Shown piece by piece: positions 18,901 through 28,294 of a stretch of 64,000 nt of DNA. The stretch is from Thermotogota bacterium (lineage in GTDB: Bacteria > Bipolaricaulota > Bipolaricaulia > UBA7950 > UBA9294). The notes beneath the pieces were generated by a model that was given only the letters and a program-made list of their open reading frames with translations, searched no databases and had not been told where the DNA came from. Location of the stretch: contig JBDKUT010000163.1 in assembly GCA_039679545.1 (NCBI GenBank), forward strand, positions 17,997 to 81,996, in the 5' to 3' direction. Both the position numbers and the translations under genes were made by a program. Numbering within the stretch: the stretch's first letter is position 1; every line of letters begins with the position of its first letter.

Positions 18901-20925
18901 ATGGCTCACGATTCCTGGCTTGACGAACTGAATCCCGCACAGCGCGCCGCCGTCACGCACGGCGCTGGCCCGCTGCTCGTCGTGGCGGGTGCCGGCACCG
19001 GCAAGACGAAGACCCTCGCCTATCGCGTCGCCTACCTGATCTCGCAAGGCGTCGACCCAGGGCGGATTCTCCTCCTCACGTTCACGCGCCGTGCGGCGCA
19101 GGAGATGCTTGAGCGCGCGTCAACCATCGTCGCTCGCGGTGCCTCGTCGGCAGGACGGGTCTGGGGAGGCACGTTCCACTCGATGGCCCACCGCCTGCTC
19201 CGGCTCTACGCTCCGTCTATCGGGATCGCCCGTGACTTCACCGTCCTCGATCAGGGCGATGCAGAGAACCTGATCCACTTCATCCGCCACGAGATGGGCC
19301 TCCACGAGAAGGAAAAGCGATTCCCTCGAAAGGGAACGTGTCTCGCCATTTACTCGCGCTGCGTGAACTCCGGTGACGACCTCAAGGCCGTCCTCGAGCG
19401 CGACTTCCCGTGGTGCGATGAATGGGAAGAGGAGCTCCGGACGCTGTTCAGGAAGTACGTCGTCCGCAAGCAGGATCGAAGCGTCCTCGATTATGACGAC
19501 CTCCTCCTGTACTGGATGGCTCTGCTCGACGTCCCGCAGCTGGCCGACGAGATCGGCGGACGGTTCGATCACGTTCTCGTGGACGAGTACCAGGACACGA
19601 ACATCGTGCAGGCGCGGATTCTCTTCGGGATGCGCAAGACGTGCCGCAACCTCATGGTCGTCGGCGATGACGCCCAGAGCATCTATGCGTTCCGCGGCGC
19701 CACGGTGCGCAACATGCTCGATTTCCCAGCGCAGTTCCCGGGAGCGACGATCGTCAAGCTTGAGCAGAACTACCGATCCGTCCTCCCGATCCTCGACACG
19801 GCGAATCGCCTGATCGCCGGGGCAAGCGAACGATTCGTCAAGGACCTCTGGTCGGAACGTCGGAGCACGACCCGACCGAAGCTCGTCACCTGCAAGGACG
19901 CCGCCGAGCAGGACGAGTACGTCGTCGACGCCGTGCTTCGGCACTACGAGGAAGGCATTCCCCTCCGCCGCCAGGCGATCCTCTTCCGCGCTGCCCACCT
20001 CTCCGACACACTCGAGATCGAGCTCGCGCGGCGGAACATCCCGTACCACAAGTACGGCGGGCTCCGTTTTCTCGAAGCCGCTCACGTGAAGGACCTACTC
20101 GCCTTTCTCCGCGTGCTTGAGAATCCTCGCGACGAGCTGGCGTGGTTCCGCATCCTTGAACTTCTGGAGGGAGTCGGTCCGACAACGGCGTCACACGTCG
20201 TCGAGCACGTCGGACAGAGCGGCAATGACCCGCGTGTTGTTCGCTCGTTCGGCGGCTCTGCCGCCGCGCGTGCCGGTCTCGCCGACCTCGCCGATGTCTT
20301 CGACGACCTCGTCCCGCTCGGACCGAAGAACCCCGAGGCGCAGATTGAGCGGATCCGACGCTTCTATGACCCCGTGTTCGAGAGAACGTATGAGAACCCG
20401 GTTGTTCGGGTCCGCGACCTGATCAGTCTTGAGCAGATTGCCGGGGGATACCGCTCACGACACCAGTTCCTCGCCGACGTTCAACTCGACCCGCCGACCT
20501 CAACGAGCGATCTCGCCGGAGCCCCCCACCTGGACGAGGATTGGCTCGTTTTGTCGACGATCCACTCGGCCAAGGGGTGCGAGTGGGACGTCGTCTACCT
20601 CATCCACGCCGCCGATGGATTCCTCCCGTCCGACCTCTCGACCGGCTCGCAGGATGAGATTGAGGAGGAGCGCCGCCTCGTCTACGTAGCGCTCACCCGA
20701 GCGAAGGATCACCTCTACATCACGTGGCCTCTGCGCTACTACCACAAGTGGTACGCGCTCGGTGACGACCACGGCTACGCCCAGCTCTGTCGCTTCTTCA
20801 CCCCAGACGTGCTCGACACGATCGACAACGTTGCACTCGCGGCACCCAAAGAGAGGGACGACGGAGGATCGTTCTACGACGTCGACGCGGACGTACGGCA
20901 GCGGATGCGTGACATGTGGGAGTAG
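18901..20925 (+). CDS. UvrD/PcrA/Rep family ATP-dependent DNA helicase
   Basis: Helicase motifs AGAGTGKT (Walker A), DEYQDT, VGDDAQSIY, C-terminal VALTRAK; 675 aa from ATG 18901. Confidence 0.9.
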   Translation: MAHDSWLDELNPAQRAAVTHGAGPLLVVAGAGTGKTKTLAYRVAYLISQGVDPGRILLLTFTRRAAQEMLERASTIVARGASSAGRVWGGTFHSMAHRLLRLYAPSIGIARDFTVLDQGDAENLIHFIRHEMGLHEKEKRFPRKGTCLAIYSRCVNSGDDLKAVLERDFPWCDEWEEELRTLFRKYVVRKQDRSVLDYDDLLLYWMALLDVPQLADEIGGRFDHVLVDEYQDTNIVQARILFGMRKTCRNLMVVGDDAQSIYAFRGATVRNMLDFPAQFPGATIVKLEQNYRSVLPILDTANRLIAGASERFVKDLWSERRSTTRPKLVTCKDAAEQDEYVVDAVLRHYEEGIPLRRQAILFRAAHLSDTLEIELARRNIPYHKYGGLRFLEAAHVKDLLAFLRVLENPRDELAWFRILELLEGVGPTTASHVVEHVGQSGNDPRVVRSFGGSAAARAGLADLADVFDDLVPLGPKNPEAQIERIRRFYDPVFERTYENPVVRVRDLISLEQIAGGYRSRHQFLADVQLDPPTSTSDLAGAPHLDEDWLVLSTIHSAKGCEWDVVYLIHAADGFLPSDLSTGSQDEIEEERRLVYVALTRAKDHLYITWPLRYYHKWYALGDDHGYAQLCRFFTPDVLDTIDNVALAAPKERDDGGSFYDVDADVRQRMRDMWE

Positions 20926-21016
20926 CCAGTTCTGTGGGCGACGCCGGCCCTCCGAGGAGTGAGAGCCTCGAGCGCGCCTGTTCCATTCCATTGGGTTGTA
21001 GCGACATGCGGCGGTA

Positions 21017-21105
21017 TTGACGAGGACCGGCCTCGGATTATAATGGCAACGATTTCGGAAAACGATACACCTTAGAACTGAACAGCGCGAAAACGTTTTC
21101 CGAAA
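21017..21105 (+). promoter_or_regulatory. Sigma70-type promoter TTGACG-16-TATAAT plus LacI-family operator (tttcggaaaacg ... palindrome GAAAACGTTTTC), copy 1
   Basis: -35 ~21017-21022, -10 ~21039-21044; 12-mer at 21053-21064 and its reverse complement at 21094-21105; element duplicated at 27073-27161. Confidence 0.6.
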
Positions 21106-21111
21106 CAGCCC

Positions 21112-21402
21112 ATGAACCGACGAGAGCCGAGGAAGCGAGCCACAGTCCGCGACGTCGCACTTCGCGCCAGTGTATCCATCGGCAACGTCTCCCGAGTGAT
21201 CAACTACGGTGTCTCCTCCCAAGTGCACGACACGACGCTCACGCGTCTGACCCAGGGTGCATATCAACTCACGCGATCCACAATTACAGGAGACACCCCG
21301 CAAGCACGAGCGATACGAAAACGCTGCCCGTGCAGCAAGGGAGGTGGTCGCAGAGCCAATGCGCTTGGTGCATTACGTGATGATAATGTCATATACATTT
21401 AA
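21112..21402 (+). pseudogene. LacI-family regulator remnant retaining only the HTH headpiece (first ~47 codons homologous to the intact paralog at 27168)
   Basis: MNRREPRKRATVRDVALRASVSIGNVSRVIN...SSQVHDTT aligns with the 27168 gene; remainder of ORF unrelated, ligand-binding domain absent. Confidence 0.55.
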
Positions 21403-21413
21403 AGGAGGTTGCG

Positions 21414-23000
21414 GTGGTCATTAGGCGTAAGCGCGTGTACGTCGCAGTTCTCGTAGGAGCGCTGTCCTTGTTGCTCTATGGGACGCCTCTGCTCGCTAGT
21501 ACTCCTGCAGACACCTTGGTCGTTGGAACCTTGCAGGAGATCTCTCTTGTGGACCCATCTATCGACTACAGCTTCACCGGCGGGCCCATCTTCCCAGCTG
21601 CGTATGAGCGCCTCGTCACCTTCAATAGCCACACCGGGAAGGTTGAGCCTGAGCTAGCCGTCAGTTGGGACATATCGGAGGACGGCACGGTCTACACCTT
21701 CAACGTGCGGCAGGGAGTGCAGTTTCACGATGGGTCAGCCCTCAACGCGGAATCTGTCAAGATCGCGTTTGACCGAACGATGAAGATCAACAGGGGACCG
21801 GCATGGATGCTGCGCGACTACGTCAAGGAAGTCGCTGTCGTCTCACCCTACGTCGTGCAGATTACTCTGAAGGCTCCGTTCGGCCCCTTCTTGAAGGTGC
21901 TGACCTCCTCTTGGGGTATGTCGATCATGAGCCCGAAAGCCTTGGCCGATCATGAGGAAGCGGGCGATCTCGCGCAAGGCTGGTTCCACGACAATATGTG
22001 CGGCACGGGACCGTACAAACTCGTCAGCTGGACGAAGGGCCAACAGATGGTGTTCGAGAAGTTCGACGCATATTGGCGCGGATGGGACGGGAACCATGTT
22101 GACCGAGTCATCGTGCGGGTGGTCCCTGACCCTACGACCTTGGTCATGATGCTTCGAAACGCTGATATAGACATCGCCTCGTACGGGCTGGTTTCCGAGT
22201 TAGGACCAAGCCTCGAGGGTGCCCCCCACTTGGTCACAGAGTCATACGAGACCTACACAACGGAAGCCGCTTTCATGAACACGACACGCGCCCCTCTTGA
22301 CGACGTCAGAGTGCGCCGAGCCATGTCGTACTCATTCCCCTACGAGGGAGCCTTGCAGGCCTATGGCGGCTACGCGGAGCGCTTGATTGGCCAATTGCCG
22401 CCCTCCTTGCCTGGTTTTGATCCCAACAGTCAGGTCTATCATCAAGACCTGGCCCTGGCCAAGAAACTGCTCACGGAAGCAGGAATCAATGAGGGTAGCC
22501 TGGCCTTGGAGTGCACGTGGGTTACTGAACAGCCAACCGGTGGAAGAATCGCCGAGCTCTGGCAACAGGATCTGGCAACGATCGGAGTGACCCTCAAGCT
22601 GACCGAGGTGAACGCTGCCGGCGGTTGGCTCCGAATATCCAGCCCGGAGACAACGGCTGACTTCACGATCACGAGGTGGGGAGTCGACTACCCTGACGCT
22701 CTGTCCAATCTGCTGCCTCTATACAAGAGCGATCTCACACCTGACAAAGGCGGGTACAACATCGGGCGATACAGCAATCCCTACGTGGATCAGCTCCTCA
22801 TCCAAGCCTCTCAGGAGGCGAATGTAGAAAAGGCAGTGCTCCTGGAGCAAGAAGTTCAACGCTACATCACGGACGATGCCCCGTCCATCTTCATCGTTGC
22901 AGTACCGCAGCTTGTCTGCTATCAGGACACCGTCAAGGGGTTTGTCTACGACCCGGGCTACTTCAGCTCCTTCAACCTCTATAACATGTACAAGGAGTAG
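21414..23000 (+). CDS. ABC transporter substrate-binding protein, family 5 (peptide/nickel/opine type)
   Basis: Signal peptide, SBP_bac_5 pattern; ~60% identical to paralog 28295..29854; AAAGGAGG RBS before GTG. Confidence 0.9.
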   Translation: MVIRRKRVYVAVLVGALSLLLYGTPLLASTPADTLVVGTLQEISLVDPSIDYSFTGGPIFPAAYERLVTFNSHTGKVEPELAVSWDISEDGTVYTFNVRQGVQFHDGSALNAESVKIAFDRTMKINRGPAWMLRDYVKEVAVVSPYVVQITLKAPFGPFLKVLTSSWGMSIMSPKALADHEEAGDLAQGWFHDNMCGTGPYKLVSWTKGQQMVFEKFDAYWRGWDGNHVDRVIVRVVPDPTTLVMMLRNADIDIASYGLVSELGPSLEGAPHLVTESYETYTTEAAFMNTTRAPLDDVRVRRAMSYSFPYEGALQAYGGYAERLIGQLPPSLPGFDPNSQVYHQDLALAKKLLTEAGINEGSLALECTWVTEQPTGGRIAELWQQDLATIGVTLKLTEVNAAGGWLRISSPETTADFTITRWGVDYPDALSNLLPLYKSDLTPDKGGYNIGRYSNPYVDQLLIQASQEANVEKAVLLEQEVQRYITDDAPSIFIVAVPQLVCYQDTVKGFVYDPGYFSSFNLYNMYKE

Positions 23001-23010
23001 TTTCTTCTTT

Positions 23011-23040
23011 CCCCCTGCGGTGCCTGCGCACCGCAGGGGG
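23011..23040 (+). other. Intercistronic perfect 13-bp stem-loop (ccccctgcggtgc-ctgc-gcaccgcaggggg) between SBP and permease genes
   Basis: Read directly from sequence; no T-tract downstream on + strand, so likely mRNA-stabilising/attenuating rather than a full terminator. Confidence 0.6.
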
Positions 23041-23053
23041 CCCATTCGACATC

Positions 23054-24067
23054 ATGGCCTACGTCATCTACGTCCTGAAGAGATGCGCTCTGCTGCTGCT
23101 CGTGATCCTTGGGGTCGTGACACTGACCTTTTTCGTATCTCACGTGCTGCCTGCGGATCCCGCCAGACTCAGCGGCGGGATCCGTGCTAGACCGGAACAG
23201 GTCGAAGCCCTTAGGGCAAAACTGAACCTCGACAAGCCCATACTCACGCAGTATTGGCTGTATCTTAGGGGACTGTCGAGAGGCGACTTGGGTACCTCGG
23301 TTCGCACGGAGCAACCAGTGAGTAGAGATCTTCTCACCTACTTTCCCGCTACTCTTGAGTTGACGTTCTCTGCGGTGATGCTTGCCATGTGCGTCGGTAT
23401 CCCGCTCGGAGTCCTTTCGGCCACCTCAAGAAGACGCTTCTTCGACTTCGGTGTCAGGACCTTCTCTGTTGGCGCTGTCTCTATACCCTCGTTCTGGCTT
23501 GGCCTGATGCTTCAACTGGTGTTCTACATGAACCTCAACCTGCTGCCTTGCCAAGGACGCCTCAGCCCCTTTGTCGCCCCTCCCAGCCACACTACCGGCC
23601 TGTACGTTCTAGATAGTCTCTTGGCTTGGAACGGTGCAGCCCTGGTCAACTCTCTGCAGCACCTCGTTCTGCCCACGCTGGCCTTAGGTGCTGGATCACT
23701 TGCAGTCATGACACGAATGACGCGGTCCAGCGTACTTGAGGTTCTTCGTACTGACTATGTTCAGACAGCGTGGGCGAAGGGGCTCTCGAAACAGGCCGTT
23801 CTCCTCAAGCATGTGCTTCGGAACGCTCTCCTGGCAATATCCACCGTGATAGGCCTTCAAATCGGCGCTCTTCTTGCAGGATCTATCCCCATCGAAGTCG
23901 TGTTCTCCTGGCCTGGTGTTGGCTCCTACGCTGCGAAAGCCATCACGTTTGTGGATTTCAACGCCATTCTCGGGGTCACCATCATCAGCGCGGTGGCATA
24001 TGCAGTGCTGAATCTCATGATCGATCTGCTGTACTTGTCAATTGACCCGCGTATTAGGTATGTCTAG
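23054..24067 (+). CDS. ABC transporter permease (DppB/OppB-like)
   Basis: 6-TM BPD_transp_1 pattern; paralog of 29924..30928. Confidence 0.9.
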   Translation: MAYVIYVLKRCALLLLVILGVVTLTFFVSHVLPADPARLSGGIRARPEQVEALRAKLNLDKPILTQYWLYLRGLSRGDLGTSVRTEQPVSRDLLTYFPATLELTFSAVMLAMCVGIPLGVLSATSRRRFFDFGVRTFSVGAVSIPSFWLGLMLQLVFYMNLNLLPCQGRLSPFVAPPSHTTGLYVLDSLLAWNGAALVNSLQHLVLPTLALGAGSLAVMTRMTRSSVLEVLRTDYVQTAWAKGLSKQAVLLKHVLRNALLAISTVIGLQIGALLAGSIPIEVVFSWPGVGSYAAKAITFVDFNAILGVTIISAVAYAVLNLMIDLLYLSIDPRIRYV

Positions 24068-24457
24068 CGCGCCTGACTCCATGCGAAAAACCGGCAGCCA
24101 ACCAGCCAAACATAGGCCAGCGGTTCTCGGTCGCCTAGGCCTCCGCCCTCTATTGTTGTGTTTTCTGCAACGGGGTTGCGTGGGCCTAGAGGGATCGATG
24201 TGGCTGATCCTCGACTATGACTGGCTCCGACGCTGGGCCGTGGCGTTCGGGTGCGCGAAGCGCCTCATGCGGACTGGGACACAGCGAGTGCTGCCCGGCT
24301 GCGAATCCGACATGTCATGGCGCATCCGGGCGGCGCCTGACCCTGCACGCCGCATCGCCGATAGCCAACCGAGAAGCCCAGTCCCCGCAACGGTCACGCC
24401 GCCACAATGGAGGTCCGCCGAGTGATCAGGAAGAGCTGCTACCTAGCCCGCAAGCTG

Positions 24458-25294
24458 ATGAGCGTCCAGCGGGTCATCTCCAAGGATGCAATCGGCGTAG
24501 TGGGAGCATCGATATGTGTGCTCATGCTGGGCATTGCGCTGCTTGCCCCGCACATTGCGCCCTACAATCCTTTGGCAGCGGACATGAAGATCCGGCTAGT
24601 CGCTCCGTGCGCTGCGCATGTCATGGGAACGGATGAACTGGGCCGAGACGTCCTTTCTCGGGTGATCTACGGCTCTCGGATCTCACTGCTCGTATCGATT
24701 TCGGTTGTCTCTATCGCGTTCCTCGCCGGGGTCCTCTTGGGCGCTGTCAGTGGCTTCTTTGGCGGCTGGGTCGACAACCTCATCATGCGGGTGACAGATG
24801 TCTTCCTTGCGTTCCCCGCATTGATGCTGGCGATGGTTGTTGCGTTCGCCTTCGGTCCCGGAATCCGTTCAACCGTTCTGGCGATGTCGGTTGTCTGGTG
24901 GCCCTGGTATGCACGGCTGGTGCGGGCTTCTGCTCTCTCCATTAGGGAGCACACATTCGTTGAAGCCGCTCGTGCTACTGGTGTTTCGAGGGGGGGCATC
25001 CTCTTCCGCCACATACTCCCAAACTGCCTCGCTTCGTCTCTCGTGCAGGCGACGTTGGATATGGGGTATGCCATCCTTACGACAGCGACTCTGAGTTTTC
25101 TGGGCCTCGGCGCGCAGCCCCCAACCCCCGAATGGGGATCAATGATCAACCAGTCACGATCGTATCTTCTGGTCGCGTGGTGGACAATTACGTTTCCAGG
25201 CATAGGCATCTTCATCACAGTGCTCGGGATCAATCTCCTCGGAGATGCCGTTCGGGATTTCATGGACCCGAAACTGCGCCATGTCAGGAACTGA
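24458..25294 (+). CDS. ABC transporter permease (DppC/OppC-like)
   Basis: Paralog of 30941..31792; start set at MSVQRV (ORF extends to 24407). Confidence 0.85.
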   Translation: MSVQRVISKDAIGVVGASICVLMLGIALLAPHIAPYNPLAADMKIRLVAPCAAHVMGTDELGRDVLSRVIYGSRISLLVSISVVSIAFLAGVLLGAVSGFFGGWVDNLIMRVTDVFLAFPALMLAMVVAFAFGPGIRSTVLAMSVVWWPWYARLVRASALSIREHTFVEAARATGVSRGGILFRHILPNCLASSLVQATLDMGYAILTTATLSFLGLGAQPPTPEWGSMINQSRSYLLVAWWTITFPGIGIFITVLGINLLGDAVRDFMDPKLRHVRN

Positions 25295-25306
25295 GAATGG
25301 AGGACC

Positions 25307-26359
25307 ATGATGGCAGAACCAAGATGGAGTGACTATTCTGGTGTTGTGCACGTCCACTCTACGTGTTCTGATGGCTTGGGTTCGATGGAACAGATCATCG
25401 ATGCGGCGTGTGCGGAGCACCTGGATTACCTGATTACTACGGATCACAACACGCTGGCACCAAGGCACCATGAAGGATGGCACGGCGATACCCTCGTCCT
25501 GGTAGAAGAGGAAGTCACTCAACCCGCCAACCATCTCTTGGCTTTGAACATCCGCGATGAGATCGTTCCGCCAATTAGCCCACAGCAATCGATCGACGCA
25601 GTGCTCGCACAGGGGGGGCTCGCTTTCATGGCCCATCCCTTCTATCAGGGGAGCAAACTTCTCGGCGATCCACCGATCCCCTGGACTGATTGGAAGGCGA
25701 CTGGCTTCACCGGGATGGAGATCTGGAACTTCACGGCGGAATTGTATGAGAGCCTCTCGGAAGAGAAGGAGCTGCGACCGCTCGAGACGTATCGTGCGCT
25801 GATGCGGCCTAAAGCAGAGGTGTTGAGAACATGGGACCGGCTTCAGCAAGAACGCCGCGTTGTAGGCCTTGCTGGGCTTGATGCTCATGCGGAGCAGATC
25901 GTGCAAGGCGGAGAGAGAGTGACTCTATTGCCTTACGCAACGATATTCCGCACTCTCCGCATGCATGTACTCCTTGAGCATCCATTCACCGGTAGCCTGC
26001 CAGATGACAGACGAGCTGTCTATGCGGCTCTACGAGACGGTCATGGTTATATCGCCTTCGAATACGAGTCCCCAGTAGACTCCTTCACCTTTGCGGCCGT
26101 TGACAGAACGGGAGCAATTGCAGGGGTGATGGGCGATGAGTTCGGATGGAAGCCTGGCATGCGTTTGTCCATCGCACTCCCCAGACCAGCAGCAATCAGG
26201 GTCATCCGGAATGGAGAAACGCTCGAAGAGGTCTGCGGCCCTTCACTCCTTCTTTCTGTTGAAGAGGACGGCTGCTATCGCGTAGAGGTCCAGCGGGACG
26301 CTCTCCCGTGGATAGTGTCCAACCCCATATACATTCGAAATGGGCGCTCCTCAACTTGA
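25307..26359 (+). CDS. PHP-domain metal-dependent phosphoesterase
   Basis: N-terminal HVHSTCSDG...TDHN PHP motifs; GGAGGA RBS; present only in copy 1 of the duplicated operon. Confidence 0.8.
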   Translation: MMAEPRWSDYSGVVHVHSTCSDGLGSMEQIIDAACAEHLDYLITTDHNTLAPRHHEGWHGDTLVLVEEEVTQPANHLLALNIRDEIVPPISPQQSIDAVLAQGGLAFMAHPFYQGSKLLGDPPIPWTDWKATGFTGMEIWNFTAELYESLSEEKELRPLETYRALMRPKAEVLRTWDRLQQERRVVGLAGLDAHAEQIVQGGERVTLLPYATIFRTLRMHVLLEHPFTGSLPDDRRAVYAALRDGHGYIAFEYESPVDSFTFAAVDRTGAIAGVMGDEFGWKPGMRLSIALPRPAAIRVIRNGETLEEVCGPSLLLSVEEDGCYRVEVQRDALPWIVSNPIYIRNGRSST

Positions 26360-26374
26360 GAAGAGCAGTACGGC

Positions 26375-26520
26375 GTGTTGGACGGCCGCCTAGCACAGCG
26401 GATGCGGATGCAGGCCATGCGGGCCGAGGTCGGCTGCACAGTTCGCCGGTCGCCGATCGACCGGGCACTCGGGCCTTTGACCGCGCGTTCACCGCAGCGG
26501 GAAAGACGTTCGGCCGCTGA
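26375..26520 (+). pseudogene. Class-III aminotransferase remnant: first ~15 codons fused to last ~30 codons (internal ~1.3 kb deletion)
   Basis: MLDGRLAQRMRMQ ~ MMDGYLAQRKRMQ of 31838 gene; ...IDRALG...RAFTAAGKTFGR* ~ C-terminus IDRALGIFDRAFAAAERKFGR*. Confidence 0.55.
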
Positions 26521-26529
26521 GGTGGGCCA

Positions 26530-26700
26530 CGCCACAAGTCAGCCAGCCAAGGTGCCGTGCTCGGGTCAACCAACGCCGGCCTCGTCGCACGCATGGCCTC
26601 GCTGCCGCAGCCGGGAGAGATGGCCCTCAGTCATGTCGCACTACCCGGGCGGAGAATAGCCCAACCAGGCCGTCGCGGCCGACACGCCGGGAGGTGGACG
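26530..26700 (+). pseudogene. pfkB/ribokinase-like kinase remnant (start codon lost, frameshift and in-frame stop)
   Basis: Nucleotide homology to 33305.. (gccagtcATGagccaaccagcc vs gccacaagtcagccagcc; VLGSTNAGLVARMASLPQPGEMALS vs [25 protein letters not shown]); end approximate. Confidence 0.5.
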
Positions 26701-27072
26701 AGCTCCTCTACGTCCACCCAAACCACGGGCTCCCCTCGTTCACTGCGTTCCGCAGTGGCTGATCGGGGCGCGGACGCTCGATGGGTCCATCTCGGAAGCG
26801 GTCTCGGACTTGGCCGCCTCGAGACGATGCCGTGAGCCGACGCCATCACGACTTTTCCTGTCACGATGAGCAGACGCACGGCCGCGGACTCCACACCGGG
26901 GAACCCAGGCAAACGAACAAGAGCGACGGTTCACCGACACGTCCACAGGAACGAGCACTTTTCTGATAACCGCCTCGCGGAGTTGTCAAGTCACGTGAAG
27001 GATCTCCGGAAAGCCGGACGCTGGAGAGGTCTCCTGCTCGACTTTGGCTAGTCGGAGCGGTTTGCGTCGGCA

Positions 27073-27161
27073 TTGACTGGGGGTGAGTCCTGACTATAAT
27101 GGCAACGATTTCGGAAAACGATACCCCGAAGAACCGAACAGCGCGCAAACGTCTTCCGAAA
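27073..27161 (+). promoter_or_regulatory. Sigma70-type promoter TTGACT-16-TATAAT plus LacI-family operator, copy 2 (upstream of intact LacI gene)
   Basis: -35 ~27073-27078, -10 ~27095-27100; tttcggaaaacg 27109-27120; cgtcttccgaaa 27150-27161 (1 mismatch to inverted copy). Confidence 0.6.
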
Positions 27162-27167
27162 CACTCC

Positions 27168-28232
27168 ATGAATCGACGAGAGCCGAAGAAGCGAGCCACG
27201 ATCCGCGACGTCGCCCTCCGCGCAGGGGTTTCGATCAGCACCGTCTCCCGGGTGATCAATCACAAGGACTCCTCGCAAATGCGCGACACCACGCGGGAGC
27301 GCGTCGTCGACGCGATGGCGGCCCTCGACTACACGCCGGTGAAGGCCGCCCGCGACCTGCGCCGGCGAAGAACTCACGTCGTGGCCCTCCTCGTCCCCGA
27401 CATCTCCAATCCGTTCTTCTCGCTCCTCGCACGCGGGGTCGAGGCCGCCGGATTCAAGGTGGGGTACTCGACGCTGATCTGCGACACCAACAACTCCGGG
27501 GACGAGGAGCGGCAGTACATGAGCGTCCTCCTTCGGCAGAACGTGGACGGGGTGATCCTGGTCCCGGTAGGAAAGCCCGACCGCGCGAGTCTGGAGAGGC
27601 TGGACCGCTCGAACATCCCGGTGGTCACGGCGGATCGCCGGGCGCCGGGCATCCCGCACGTCGAGGCCGACAACGCCGGAGGCAGCCGCAACCTGGCGAA
27701 GAGCCTCGTCAGCCTTGGGTACCGAAGGATCGCGTACCTCGGAGGCCCGCAAGAGGTCAGTACGGCCGAGGACCGGCTCCAAGGCTTTCTGGAAGGCCTC
27801 GCCGAAGGCGGCGCCGCTCCGGCGGCGGTTCGCCGAGGAGATTTCACGTACGACTCCGGGGTGTCCTTGGGCGCCGAGATTCTGGGGGAAAAGCGCCTGG
27901 ACGCCGTCGTCGCCGGCAACGACCTGATGGCGATCGGCGTCCTCCACGCGGCGATGGCTGCGGGGCGAAGAGTGCCCGAGGACCTTGGAGTCGCCGGATT
28001 CGACGACATTCAGTGGGCGGCCCTCGTGCGGCCGCGGCTCACCACGGTCCGGGTCCCCTTTCTGGAGATCGGGCAGTGCGCGGCACGTGCCCTCGTCGCC
28101 CGCATCCTGTCCCACGAGAGCGCAGAGGAGCACACCCGTCTCCCCGTCAGCTTGGTAATCGGCGACTCGACGTGTGCACAAAGGAATACAGGACTGGGTC
28201 GTCCTCGGGGAACGGACCCGAAAGCGAGGTGA
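27168..28232 (+). CDS. LacI family transcriptional regulator
   Basis: N-terminal HTH (ATIRDVALRAGVSISTVSRVIN) and periplasmic-binding-like sugar-binding domain; 354 aa. Confidence 0.9.
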   Translation: MNRREPKKRATIRDVALRAGVSISTVSRVINHKDSSQMRDTTRERVVDAMAALDYTPVKAARDLRRRRTHVVALLVPDISNPFFSLLARGVEAAGFKVGYSTLICDTNNSGDEERQYMSVLLRQNVDGVILVPVGKPDRASLERLDRSNIPVVTADRRAPGIPHVEADNAGGSRNLAKSLVSLGYRRIAYLGGPQEVSTAEDRLQGFLEGLAEGGAAPAAVRRGDFTYDSGVSLGAEILGEKRLDAVVAGNDLMAIGVLHAAMAAGRRVPEDLGVAGFDDIQWAALVRPRLTTVRVPFLEIGQCAARALVARILSHESAEEHTRLPVSLVIGDSTCAQRNTGLGRPRGTDPKAR

Positions 28233-28294
28233 TCGAAGGTCGAAGGGCAGTTCGGGAGCGTAGGCTACGGCAAGTGTGCAGGGAGGCTTGAACC

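Noticed and set aside
20500-21303. 267-aa minus ORF that shares the peptide LSSVHGLFRKTF...IVFRNRCHY with the 27048..28181 minus ORF
   Set aside because: Both are antisense readings of the duplicated promoter/leader repeat and the UvrD/LacI genes. The shared peptide only reflects the DNA repeat.
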